Virus record (IMG/VR): IMGVR_UViG_3300032164_000006
Coordinates: 8,057-72,056 of that record
DNA from: a virus
DNA length: 64,000 bases
Reading direction: 5' to 3' (one strand)
Made by a program: the position numbers and the translations under genes
Shown: one piece after another, positions 54,736 through 64,000 of the stretch
Layout: every line of letters starts with the position of its first letter
How positions within the stretch are numbered: the first letter of the stretch is position 1
Notes under the pieces: generated by a model
Seen by the model: the letters and a program-made list of their open reading frames with translations, nothing else
Told to the model about the DNA's origin: nothing
Databases searched by the model: none

Positions 54736-57447
54736 ATGAGTATTAAAAAAATTGTAGATGATGTGATTGCAAAGGATAAGACAAACAGAATTACAACGCA
54801 CGAGTGGAAGGGTATGTTTTTCAACGTGGTGTTGTTAGAGCGAGAGGGTGGAACTGTAATTCCCCTCCGGTTTATCCGCAAAGGGTTCACGGAACCAACG
54901 CTATTTATTTTTAAAACACGGAAGCGTGGAACGGTATATGGCTGGTACGACATACTAGAGTTTGAGATTATAAGTAGAAAGACAATTTACGAAAGTGAAG
55001 AGCTTATTATAGACAAGTCTGCACTGATGGACATAGCCGACTTTAGTGAGCAACAGGCTAGGTCGATGATAGATGGAACATACAGGGAGATGCACGACAA
55101 GTATTTAGACATCTACTCTGTTGGCGAAATTGTAATTTCCATATACCGAGACAAGTTTACTGGTATGCGATGTAGAAGAACCATTAGGGGATTTAAGTGG
55201 TATTTCTATGTTAAGAAAATTGAATACAACAAAATGATTGAGGTTCTGTCGGAGTCCAACCTAGACAGGCTCATAACGGAGACGGAGGTATCTGGAGAGT
55301 TCTTGCGTGTCTACTGCAAGAATTTCAGCACAACACAGTGGTCGAAGGATAAGGACGGAGATCCTGCGTACATTATCAAGCAGAAGCTGCAAAACAGGGT
55401 GAAAACCTATGAGGCAGATATTTCGTTATCCGAACGCTACATGATTGACAACCACATGAAGGTGGATACGGATGTAAAGATTCTGTACTACGACATTGAA
55501 ACTGACGACAGTACGGTGCAAATAGATATGGAGAAAAATGCCATACTGTCGATAGGTGCTGTGGATAGCGACGGCAATGAGTTTTTCAAGGCATCTTCTG
55601 ACGAGGAGGAACTCATAAAGTGGTGGATGTTACTGAGCAAGGGTTACGACATCTACATGGGATATAACTGCTACAACTTTGACGCTCCATACATAGAAAC
55701 GCGAGCAAAGCTCTACAAGTGTTTCTGGTCGCCAACGTACAAGCCTTGGCGAGCTGGACATATAGACATGATGCGTAGAATCATCGGCTCCTATGGTAAA
55801 TTCAGCGACATACGAAGCTTCTCACTGGAGAACGTATCGCAACACTTCCTAGGCAGAGGCAAGGTGAAGCACGAGGAAAAGATTATCGAGTTGTTCAAGC
55901 ACAACCGAGGCAAGCTGAAGCAATACAACTTGATGGACTGCAAACTTTTAAAAGATCTCGACGACGTGTTGGGTGTATCCAAACTGATGGTGGCGATGTG
56001 TGGTTGGACGGGATGCTTTCCCACAATCTTTCGGCCAACGTCTAACATGTCTGGTATCAGTGTTGCTCGTATGCTTGATATTTTTATTCTCCGTCTAGCC
56101 AAAGACCGCCAAGTGTACTATCCAACTGTTTACTGGGATGACACAGAAGGTGTGAAGTTTGAGGGAGCATACGTTATAGATCCGGTTCCTGGAATCTACA
56201 AAAACATCCATGTATTCGACTTCAAAAGTTTGTATCCAACAATCATTTGGAGCTGGAATATAAGTCCGGAAAATGTGAGAAAAGATAGGCGAACTAGGGA
56301 GGAATTAATTGCCTCGGCAAATGATATATTTTTCTACAAAAATAGGGAGGCAATATTTCCCACGCTAGTTGAGCAGCTGATGAACGCACGAAAGGAATAC
56401 AGAAAGGTAATGGTGAGCTACAAGGAAGGTTCGCAGGATTACAAAAAATATGACGTTATGCAGCAAGTAGCAAAAGAGTTAACCAACTCCCTCTACGGTG
56501 CTCTAGGTCAGCGTGGTAGTCGCTACTTTGACTTCGACGTTGCGGGAAGTGTAACAGCGGCTGGACGTTTTCTTATAAAGAAGACCAGAGAAATAATTGA
56601 CGCTAGTGGGCTGAAAGTTATATATGGGGATACTGACTCTGTTTTCGTTAGCGGAATAAGTATAGACCCAACGGAGTTATGCGAGCTAGTGACCGAGGAT
56701 TTGCGTGAGGTTATTAGAAAAGAATTTGGGGTGGACAAATCCATTATTGAACTACAGTATGAAAAGAAGTTTGATAGGTTTATTTCCATTGCAATGAAAA
56801 ACTATGCTGGAATTAAAGAGGGTAAAGACAAGCCAGATATTAAGGGTTTGGATTGTGTGAAAAAATCCACAATTGCCATTGCCAAGCGTGAGCAAGAAAC
56901 GATGCTTTACGAGCTACTGAAAAAGGACTATCCGCTGTCGTACTATGTTGACAAAGTTGAGAAGCTGAAACATACGTTCTACACCACACAACCACACGTT
57001 GACGACATTGTGCAAAAGACGTCGATAAGCAAACACCCAGACCAACTGAAAACACTACAGCCACACGCTAGAGTTGCCAAGCAACTGATAGAGGAGAAGC
57101 GGGGGTTTTACGTTGGTATGCAGATACCCTATGTGATTACAGATAAGACTGGAAAGGGTGTGGTACACGTTGACGACTACACTGGTGAGTTTGATAGGGA
57201 CTACTATTGGGAGCGGCTATCCGTTCCACTCACTAGGGTGTTGGCGGTATGCTTCCCTAGCTTTGATTGGGGTGTGTATGGGAAAGAGAAAAAGAAGAGG
57301 ACGCCTAGGGTGACCAAAAATCCAAAGGCGGAAAAAATAAAACCATTAGAGAAAAAAGAAAGCGAGGTGAAGAGGGGTAGATTTATTTTGAAACCAAAGG
57401 TGTCTAGGTTTGTGATTAAGAAAAACGAACACAATCAACTATTCTAG
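54736..57447 (+). CDS. polB: Family B DNA polymerase with 3'-5' exonuclease domain
   Basis: YDIETD, GYNCYNFD, YNLMDC, FDFKSLYP, KELTNSLYG, YGDTDS and KNYA motifs. Confidence 0.97.
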   Translation: MSIKKIVDDVIAKDKTNRITTHEWKGMFFNVVLLEREGGTVIPLRFIRKGFTEPTLFIFKTRKRGTVYGWYDILEFEIISRKTIYESEELIIDKSALMDIADFSEQQARSMIDGTYREMHDKYLDIYSVGEIVISIYRDKFTGMRCRRTIRGFKWYFYVKKIEYNKMIEVLSESNLDRLITETEVSGEFLRVYCKNFSTTQWSKDKDGDPAYIIKQKLQNRVKTYEADISLSERYMIDNHMKVDTDVKILYYDIETDDSTVQIDMEKNAILSIGAVDSDGNEFFKASSDEEELIKWWMLLSKGYDIYMGYNCYNFDAPYIETRAKLYKCFWSPTYKPWRAGHIDMMRRIIGSYGKFSDIRSFSLENVSQHFLGRGKVKHEEKIIELFKHNRGKLKQYNLMDCKLLKDLDDVLGVSKLMVAMCGWTGCFPTIFRPTSNMSGISVARMLDIFILRLAKDRQVYYPTVYWDDTEGVKFEGAYVIDPVPGIYKNIHVFDFKSLYPTIIWSWNISPENVRKDRRTREELIASANDIFFYKNREAIFPTLVEQLMNARKEYRKVMVSYKEGSQDYKKYDVMQQVAKELTNSLYGALGQRGSRYFDFDVAGSVTAAGRFLIKKTREIIDASGLKVIYGDTDSVFVSGISIDPTELCELVTEDLREVIRKEFGVDKSIIELQYEKKFDRFISIAMKNYAGIKEGKDKPDIKGLDCVKKSTIAIAKREQETMLYELLKKDYPLSYYVDKVEKLKHTFYTTQPHVDDIVQKTSISKHPDQLKTLQPHARVAKQLIEEKRGFYVGMQIPYVITDKTGKGVVHVDDYTGEFDRDYYWERLSVPLTRVLAVCFPSFDWGVYGKEKKKRTPRVTKNPKAEKIKPLEKKESEVKRGRFILKPKVSRFVIKKNEHNQLF

Positions 57448-57457
57448 GAGATTAAGT

Positions 57458-58093
57458 ATGGGATTTAAAAAGACGCAAGGTGTGTCTAATGGATGTGATT
57501 TTGTCGAACCAGAATTGGCGTTTGATAATGGAGATTTTACGAAGTTAATTGATGTGATGGATTCTCATAGATTTGGTGTGGAGATGCACAAGAGGATTGT
57601 TGAGGAAACTAGGATTGTGATGAACGAGCAATCACAGTTCGATATGAACGACATCAGTCGCATACTTGCACAGTATCCAAGATATTTTTCTTGGATAATT
57701 GTGGAGGCCGAAGTTCTGAATGAGAAGTATCTAAAAGAGGAACGCGACTTCAATACATGGTACAAAATGAAGTACATGGATGCGTCGGAAGCAATGGCTG
57801 GTAAGACAACAATTAACGCAATTGAAGCAAAGGTTGTGCAATTGTGTACCGCCGAAAAACGGGAGATGCACAAGAAGTTGAACCTAGAGGGTAAGAGCGA
57901 AGCAGAGATTGCTGAGATTCTTAAGTACGAAGGTTTAGACGGAAGACAGAACAAAGTTATGGAATACCAGACAAAAGCAAACATGGCGAAAGGCATGGTT
58001 AAGGTGTGGGCGAATGCAATTAATTCTCTCCAATCACTCAGCAAAAATATTGTGACGGAAGCAGAATTAATTAAGAGACAATTAGGAGGTTGA
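57458..58093 (+). CDS. Coiled-coil protein, possible recombination mediator (UvsY-like)
   Basis: Helical, with a KTTINAIEA motif, in a recombination gene neighbourhood. Confidence 0.45.
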   Translation: MGFKKTQGVSNGCDFVEPELAFDNGDFTKLIDVMDSHRFGVEMHKRIVEETRIVMNEQSQFDMNDISRILAQYPRYFSWIIVEAEVLNEKYLKEERDFNTWYKMKYMDASEAMAGKTTINAIEAKVVQLCTAEKREMHKKLNLEGKSEAEIAEILKYEGLDGRQNKVMEYQTKANMAKGMVKVWANAINSLQSLSKNIVTEAELIKRQLGG

Positions 58094-58094
58094 T

Positions 58095-58349
58095 ATGCTA
58101 GAACAGAGACCAAGATTGAATTTCACCCTTTCTTATAAGGGTATTATCGTAGGCGGCTTGAATGACTATCATCCCGAAAAGGTTGATTTTTCTATATCAA
58201 AGTCTATTGATTATATCGAGGGTGAAACTGAAGAACAAATGAAGCAAAGAATAAGTGAAACCAAGATGCTAGAGGAACTTTTGATTGCCGACGTCGAGAA
58301 GACAATTGGAACCAAAGTTAAGAAGCTAAAAGGCAAATTAAACAAGTGA
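58095..58349 (+). CDS. Hypothetical protein
   Basis: RBS AGGAGGT. Confidence 0.65.
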   Translation: MLEQRPRLNFTLSYKGIIVGGLNDYHPEKVDFSISKSIDYIEGETEEQMKQRISETKMLEELLIADVEKTIGTKVKKLKGKLNK

Positions 58350-58359
58350 AGGAGCAAGA

Positions 58360-59706
58360 ATGAGTAACATGTTAGATCAGTTTACGAACGCAGAACAGTT
58401 TAAGGGTGGTGGCTCTTTTATCGGTAAAGACGTACTGAAAAAGACTATAAAAGATGGCGACAATGTTTATAGAATTGTGGGTAAAGGCAAGGTCTTCTAT
58501 ATCCATAAATTTGATTCTGCCGACCATTCAAAGGTAACTTCCATTTGCGTTAAAGATGAAGATGGGGTTGGCGAGTGTCCAGTTTGTAGGAAGTACAGAG
58601 AAGCGTGGGCTATTATCAAGGCTGTAGAAAAAGGTGAGGCTGACGACTATTCGACAGATCAGATTCAGATGGCTGAAATTGTTGCTGGTCAGCGTGTAAA
58701 TCCAAACGTAGGCTTCAAGCAGAGTTGGGGTCCAAAGCGTATGATTGCCCTACAGGTTATCGATAGGGATAGCAACACCAACGTAAAAGAAAATCATCTT
58801 TCAATTCTATGCAAGAGTGATTACGAGTTTGGTATCTCGGCTAGTAAACGTGGAATCTACGAGGTCATCGTCAGGTTGTTTGGTAGATACAAAAACGAGC
58901 TGAAGGAACATTTCCAGAAAGGTCACGACTGGTTCCCATTCGACGTAAACCTAATGCGAGAAGGCAAAGGGATGGATACGTCGTATGACAAGGAGAAGGG
59001 TGACAACAAACCACTGACAGCGGCAGAGCTGAAATACAAGCGGTACGACCTAGATGCCATAACAGCACCGACAAGCGAAAAAGACGTTTCGATGTGGCTG
59101 TTAAGTGGAGTCAAGAAAGCAACAAAAAAAGTGGTTGTCGATGATGGTGATGACGAGGATTTATTTGAGACTGAAGAGGATCTTCCAGCTCCAGTGGTCA
59201 AACCAAAGATTGCTCAAAAGCAGGCTCCCGTAGTTGAGGTTGAGGACGAAGAAGAGAAGCCAATACACGTTGAAAAAGAAGCACCTAGAAAAAGAGCTTC
59301 TGTAAAGAAGGTGGAGAAGAAACCAGCTCCAGTGGAAGAGGATGTGTTTGGTGGAGATGAGGTAGATGTAGTTAGCGACGACAGTGACGAAGCCTTTGGT
59401 GGAGTAGATGACGAAGTTGAAATTGAAATTGTACAGCCAAAGAAGTCGGTGCAGAAAAAGAAACCTGTTGAGCCTGAAATTGTAGATGAAGATCCATTTG
59501 GAATTGAGGAAGAGGTGGTAGAAAAACCAGCTCCAAAGAAAGAGTCAAAGGTAAAAGTAAAGGCTAAGAAGGAACCAGAAGAGGAGAAAGACAATTGCCC
59601 TAGTTGTGATAAGTTGATCTCTGTTACTTCTAAATCTTGTCCATACTGCAAATGTGAATTTGAAGGGTATGAAGACGAGGCAGGTTCTGACGAAATCCCA
59701 TTCTAA
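58360..59706 (+). CDS. Single-stranded DNA-binding protein (T4 gp32-like) with long acidic tail and Zn ribbon
   Basis: GDNVYRIV...H...C...CPVC, REGKGMDTSY and DL motifs; acidic tail ending DEIPF. Confidence 0.75.
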   Translation: MSNMLDQFTNAEQFKGGGSFIGKDVLKKTIKDGDNVYRIVGKGKVFYIHKFDSADHSKVTSICVKDEDGVGECPVCRKYREAWAIIKAVEKGEADDYSTDQIQMAEIVAGQRVNPNVGFKQSWGPKRMIALQVIDRDSNTNVKENHLSILCKSDYEFGISASKRGIYEVIVRLFGRYKNELKEHFQKGHDWFPFDVNLMREGKGMDTSYDKEKGDNKPLTAAELKYKRYDLDAITAPTSEKDVSMWLLSGVKKATKKVVVDDGDDEDLFETEEDLPAPVVKPKIAQKQAPVVEVEDEEEKPIHVEKEAPRKRASVKKVEKKPAPVEEDVFGGDEVDVVSDDSDEAFGGVDDEVEIEIVQPKKSVQKKKPVEPEIVDEDPFGIEEEVVEKPAPKKESKVKVKAKKEPEEEKDNCPSCDKLISVTSKSCPYCKCEFEGYEDEAGSDEIPF

Positions 59707-59717
59707 GGAAACACACA

Positions 59718-60746
59718 ATGGACGTTGGTAAAGCAAAGGATTTTATCCTTAAAAGACATGGGGAAGGCTCTATAATGAAAATTGGAGATGTACCCGAATG
59801 CCTAGCCGACAAGATTTTGTGTTCGACAGGTTTCCATGGTCTAGAAAAGGCCATGGGAATTCTGGGAATTCCCAAGAATAGAATTCTGGAAATTTATGGA
59901 CCAGAGTCTAGCGGCAAAACAACTCTTGCTCTTCACATGATAAAAGCTGTGCAAGATGCCGGAGGTTCTGCTGCATTTATAGACGTCGAGAACGCCATTG
60001 ACGTTGAGTATGCTAGGACAGGTATTGGCGTGGATATGGACGAGCTACTGTTGAGTCAGCCAGACTACGGTGAGCAAGCTATTGACATTGTAGTGAGTTT
60101 GTTGACGCTACAGAAAGTGGAACCATCCAAACCACTTGTAATTGTCTTGGATTCGGTAGATTCCCTAGTGCCAAAGAAAGAGTTAGATGGGGAGTTTGAC
60201 GAAGGTGCTGAGGTCGTTGATCCTGAGACGGGAAAGAAAGTGAAAGCAAAGGGTGGAGGTATGGGACTACGAGCTAGGCTCATGTCTGCCGCTTGTAGAC
60301 AGATAACGCAACACCTGAAGGGGAGTAACGCTACTGTCATTTTCATTAATCAGATCAGGATGAAAATTGGTGTCATATATGGGACACCCGAAACAACTAG
60401 CGGAGGAAACGCACTCAAGTTCTATGCTTCTATGAGAATGGATATTAGGAATATAGGTCAGTACAAAGAGGGAGAAAAGGTTATTGGAAACAATTTTAGA
60501 GTTAAGATTGTGAAAAATAAGTTGGCTCCACCCTTCAAGGAATACATCGGGCTGAATATCCATGGTCAAGGAATCCAAAAGGGTTGGGACATGTTCACAG
60601 TTCTTTTGGAGAAAAACATCTTGAAAAAGAAAGGCAGTTGGTATTCTATAGAGGATACCGATGTCAAGTTTCAAGGCTTTAAAGGTTTCGTTAAGATCCT
60701 TGAAGACAAAGATGTATATGATGACATAGTTGAATTGTGCAAGTGA
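59718..60746 (+). CDS. recA: Recombinase A
   Basis: EIYGPESSGKTT, SQPDYGEQA, FINQIRMKIGVIYGTPETTSGGNALKFYAS and KNKLAPPF motifs. Confidence 0.97.
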   Translation: MDVGKAKDFILKRHGEGSIMKIGDVPECLADKILCSTGFHGLEKAMGILGIPKNRILEIYGPESSGKTTLALHMIKAVQDAGGSAAFIDVENAIDVEYARTGIGVDMDELLLSQPDYGEQAIDIVVSLLTLQKVEPSKPLVIVLDSVDSLVPKKELDGEFDEGAEVVDPETGKKVKAKGGGMGLRARLMSAACRQITQHLKGSNATVIFINQIRMKIGVIYGTPETTSGGNALKFYASMRMDIRNIGQYKEGEKVIGNNFRVKIVKNKLAPPFKEYIGLNIHGQGIQKGWDMFTVLLEKNILKKKGSWYSIEDTDVKFQGFKGFVKILEDKDVYDDIVELCK

Positions 60747-60765
60747 GTCCTTCGTAGTCTAGATA

Positions 60766-60794
60766 GGACCTTGGGTAAGTCTAAAAACTGCCCA
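60766..60794 (+). ncRNA. Putative H-type pseudoknot RNA element, copy 2 (3' of recA)
   Basis: GGAC/GTCT stem 1 and TGGGTA/TGCCCA stem 2; matches 16479-16510. Confidence 0.55.
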
Positions 60795-60812
60795 CTTATA
60801 GAGTTGGATGTG

Positions 60813-61043
60813 ATGGAAGATTGTCCGAAATGTGACGAGATAGTACCTAGTCGAGATGGTGGCAGCTATTGGGAAGATAACAGATTTGAGTATTGCTGTC
60901 TGAGATGTGGGTGCAAATGGAATGAGATTGGGGGAGTAGATGGTGAAGTTTCTGCACTTGGCAGATTGCGGGTTGAGAAATCTACCGTATGGCGGGGTAA
61001 ACCCAGAGACAGGCTTGAACCGAAGGTTCGAGGACATAAATGA
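60813..61043 (+). CDS. Small Zn-ribbon protein (CPKC...CLRC)
   Basis: In-frame ATG 60813 within the ORF 60771-61043. Its 3' end overlaps sbcD. Confidence 0.45.
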   Translation: MEDCPKCDEIVPSRDGGSYWEDNRFEYCCLRCGCKWNEIGGVDGEVSALGRLRVEKSTVWRGKPRDRLEPKVRGHK

Positions 61044-62088
61044 AAATTTCAGATTTGCTATCAAAAAGGCAAAGGAAAAAAACTGCAAATATTTCGTAAT
61101 TGCAGGGGATATCAACGAAGAGAGAAATCCAGAATCATTTTTAATAGAGAGATTTAGCACACACGTTGCAGACCTAGTTAGCCTAGGGATAATTGTGATT
61201 ATTGTGGCTGGAAATCATGACGTAGATAGTTCAAAATCTACGTCAACTTCTATCTCATTCATCAAGGCTCTAGGATTGGTAGACACCTACGTTGCCGACC
61301 TCAAGCCAGATAAATTCGAGTTCCACGACGTGGTGTTCCATTGTGTTCCGTACATGTTTCCACATCAGGTTGGACTCAAAAACAACACGGAACTGACAAC
61401 GTGGTTGAACACCTACATTTCTAAAATAAAGCTACACCCACAGAAGAAAAATATACTGGTCACCCACTACTCGCTCGACACGACGTTTGGTGGTCTATAT
61501 GTGGACGAACCAACGCTGGACCAAGACGTACTCGGTAGATTCGACTACGTTGCTCTTGGTCATATCCACAAGTACGAAATGTTTTCTAGCTTTGTTGGCG
61601 GCTACACTGGTTCGATGTTTGTAAAGGATTTTGGTGAAGAGAAAACAAAGCATGTGAACGTTGTTTCGTTTCTGAATAACGAGGCTTCTATTGAGAAGAT
61701 AGAGCTGCCAGAACGTAGATTTGTGCAGCTAGAAATCCACGCTAGGGATCTCGACTGCGACGAAGTGGTGCGTGTGCTACTAAAATCCATTGTGGTTGTT
61801 GGCGGTATTGCCGACGCTATTGTGAAGGTTCGTATCCATGTACGCAAGCGGTTCAATCCAAAAATGCTTTACAACGTGTTGCGTGAAGCCAACTCGTTCC
61901 ACTACGCACCTATAGATTGGAAGGTTGAGAAGGTAGAAGTTACAACCAAACTAGATATAGAAAAAGGAACGACAGACAAAGATATAGTTGAACGGTACTA
62001 CGCAAAAGATGAAGACGGAAAGAGCGAGAAAACTAAGCTATACATTATGGAAAAAATAGCACAATGGGATGAAGTATTTGTTTCTTAA
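60940..62088 (+). CDS. sbcD: SbcD/Mre11-like nuclease
   Basis: HLAD, AGDI, AGNHD, LVTH, ALGHIH and YTGS...DFGE metallophosphoesterase motifs. Confidence 0.92.
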   Translation: MVKFLHLADCGLRNLPYGGVNPETGLNRRFEDINENFRFAIKKAKEKNCKYFVIAGDINEERNPESFLIERFSTHVADLVSLGIIVIIVAGNHDVDSSKSTSTSISFIKALGLVDTYVADLKPDKFEFHDVVFHCVPYMFPHQVGLKNNTELTTWLNTYISKIKLHPQKKNILVTHYSLDTTFGGLYVDEPTLDQDVLGRFDYVALGHIHKYEMFSSFVGGYTGSMFVKDFGEEKTKHVNVVSFLNNEASIEKIELPERRFVQLEIHARDLDCDEVVRVLLKSIVVVGGIADAIVKVRIHVRKRFNPKMLYNVLREANSFHYAPIDWKVEKVEVTTKLDIEKGTTDKDIVERYYAKDEDGKSEKTKLYIMEKIAQWDEVFVS

Positions 62089-62100
62089 GGATGATATTGA

Positions 62101-64000
62101 ATGAATGTATTAAGCATAAGTCTAAAGAATTACCTGAGTTTTAAAAATGCCAAGGTAGAGCTGACAGAAGAGGATGGGATATTTCTTGTCATTGGTAGAA
62201 ATGACGAGACTGTAGATGAGTCTGATGGGAATGGAAGTGGAAAAACTGCCTTTATGAGTGCAGTTAGATTTGCTCTGTTTGGCTCGGCTAGAGGTGAATT
62301 CAGTAAAGACCTCCTTAACGAGGATGTGATCTATAAGAATGAAAATGATGAGGTCTCAGATGGGTGTGAAGTTGAGATAGAGTGCGTTCACGGTGGTTCT
62401 TACTACAGGGTAAACAGGAGCATAAGGAAAAACGGAGCACAGACGGTGGAGCTATACACCTCGCCGGATAGGGTAGAGTGGGTGTGTGGTACGCTGAAGG
62501 CTGGAGTAAATAAACGCACAGACAAGCGTGAAAGCGGGATTGTACGGACACAGGATAAGATACGAGATTTGTTTGGATTCGACGACGAGCTATTTACGAA
62601 TAGTGCTTATTTTGAGCAAGCAAACATAGATACCTTTGCTAGAGGCTCGCTAACAGAAAAAGACAACATATTCAAGTCGGCCATTGGGATATCCAGATGG
62701 GCCGACTACCATCTTTTAATGAAAGACGACCTAGCACAAACCATTGCGTTAGAAAAATCCAAGGCGGCTATTCTTGACGACATTGGGAGCCCAACGGAAC
62801 TAGAGCAGAGAATACTAGACACGGAGGAGGTTCTTAAGGGGATAGCCAAAGACCACAAGGAAGCAAAGGTTGAACAGGATAAACTACAGAAGGATCTTAA
62901 GGCTCTAAACAAGCTGGAGCTCAAAGAACAGAGCAAGCTGGAAGAGCTGATTGCTGAGACCAAAAAAGAAGAAGAGAAGGTGAAGCAATTGGCGTTCCTG
63001 GAGGGCGAAATCCCTAGGTGTGAGCTACAGTTGAAAGAAACTGATAGGATGCTATTGCAGATCAATAAAGAGCTGTCTGTGAACACGTTAGAGATGGCAA
63101 AAATACAGGTTGATGCAAAGAGGCTTAAAGGTGAAATAAGCACCTACGAAACGACAGATGAAACCCTAGCTACAATTGATGAAGAGTACGACAAAGTAAA
63201 GCAAGAGGAGCTAGTAGCGTCGGCACAGATGAGAATCATCCGAGACGACACAACAAAGCTAAATGATGCAGTTTGTCCGTTAGGTCTTGAATGCGAGGCT
63301 ATTACTGAGGATAAGAAGGAAGAAATCAAGGCGAGATATCGGCTAGAATGGAAAAAACAGAAGCTTGCTAACGAACGTGCGAAGGCGAAATTAGATTCAT
63401 TGGCAGAAAAACGCAACAAGATTTCTGAGTGTTTGGAAAAAAAATCACAGGTAGAAGTGCTGCGTGAGACGTATGTTAGGAGAATGGCAGATAAGAAAGC
63501 AGCACAGAAAAGGCTTGAATACTCCACAAAAACAAAAGATGAGCTAGACGCAAAGGTGCAAGGGTATCGCTCGGAGTTTGAGAGGATTGAGAAAGAACTT
63601 AGCGAGATAGACGAGACGAAACTGTACGAGTGCCATAGCAAAATTGTAGAGATCAAAAAGAAAATAGATGCTTGCGAGTGTGGCTTAATTGACTTGAGTA
63701 ATCACATAGAACAGATTTCTAGTGAGGAACAGAAGTGCCTAATAGACGTGAATGAAGCCAAGCGTAGCATAGATAAATACAGAAAATTAGAAGCAGAATT
63801 TACGGCTCTACAGGATAAGAAGGAACTCATAAAGGGTGCAATGTATGTCGTAAATAAGGACATCCCCCATATCCTCATTTCTCAGTCCATACCAGAGATC
63901 CAAGACTACGTTCGTGAATTTATTTCGCAATTGTCTGGTGGAAGATTGGACATGGAATTTAGGATGACCAAGAGCCTCAAGGCAAAGGTGGATGGGGAAA
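62101..64000 (+). CDS. sbcC: SbcC/Rad50-like SMC ATPase (3'-truncated by the window edge; absent from the ORF track)
   Basis: ATG 62101 after TAAGGA; own translation gives MNVLSISLKNYLSF...GNGSGKT...FALFG, a long coiled coil and IPHILI...QLSGG at the window end. Follows sbcD. Confidence 0.9.
   Translation, partial: MNVLSISLKNYLSFKNAKVELTEEDGIFLVIGRNDETVDESDGNGSGKTAFMSAVRFALFGSARGEFSKDLLNEDVIYKNENDEVSDGCEVEIECVHGGSYYRVNRSIRKNGAQTVELYTSPDRVEWVCGTLKAGVNKRTDKRESGIVRTQDKIRDLFGFDDELFTNSAYFEQANIDTFARGSLTEKDNIFKSAIGISRWADYHLLMKDDLAQTIALEKSKAAILDDIGSPTELEQRILDTEEVLKGIAKDHKEAKVEQDKLQKDLKALNKLELKEQSKLEELIAETKKEEEKVKQLAFLEGEIPRCELQLKETDRMLLQINKELSVNTLEMAKIQVDAKRLKGEISTYETTDETLATIDEEYDKVKQEELVASAQMRIIRDDTTKLNDAVCPLGLECEAITEDKKEEIKARYRLEWKKQKLANERAKAKLDSLAEKRNKISECLEKKSQVEVLRETYVRRMADKKAAQKRLEYSTKTKDELDAKVQGYRSEFERIEKELSEIDETKLYECHSKIVEIKKKIDACECGLIDLSNHIEQISSEEQKCLIDVNEAKRSIDKYRKLEAEFTALQDKKELIKGAMYVVNKDIPHILISQSIPEIQDYVREFISQLSGGRLDMEFRMTKSLKAKVDGE

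Noticed and set aside
219-63656. Numerous minus-strand and nested ORFs in the ORF track
   Set aside because: They are shadows of well-supported + strand genes (Ser/Phe/Leu-rich antisense translations) and have no motifs or RBS.
35301-64000. Apparent C-rich to G-rich skew switch between fibre and replication genes as proof of an origin
   Set aside because: It is confounded by amino-acid composition (Thr/Asn/Ser-rich fibre versus Glu/Lys/Asp-rich enzymes). It needs a third-position calculation that I cannot run.
47301-64000. Inteins, introns or homing endonucleases in helicase, polymerase or recA; tRNA genes in intergenic gaps
   Set aside because: Core motifs are contiguous with normal spacing, I saw no intein or HNH/LAGLIDADG signature, and no cloverleaf or T-loop motif was seen in the gaps.

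Overview
This window is a continuous, gene-dense segment of a large tailed dsDNA phage with a contractile tail (myovirus). Every credible gene lies on the + strand. The order is: (1) 1-12.7 kb, the end of a prohead protease/scaffold gene, the major capsid protein, a cluster of small paralogous putative virion proteins and the neck genes; (2) 12.7-44 kb, tail sheath, tube, chaperones with a probable -1 frameshift, tape measure, baseplate and two very large fibre genes, the last 2882 aa with four equal-length beta-helix modules; (3) 43.9-47.2 kb, a ~420-bp non-coding array of palindromic repeats fused to the fibre stop codon, two moron-like genes and two small holin-like genes; (4) 47.3-64 kb, a replication/recombination module (SF2 helicase, DnaC-like loader, DnaB, DnaG, 5'-3' exonuclease, family B polymerase, gp32-like SSB, RecA, SbcD and a truncated SbcC). 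The main unexplained signals are the 35-nt palindromic repeat array with two alternating insert types (no cas, integrase or reverse transcriptase in the window), a small H-type pseudoknot motif present twice 44 kb apart with compensatory changes, and a structured 450-bp intergenic region upstream of the replication genes. All product calls come from motif recognition by eye and gene order. No database search was run.
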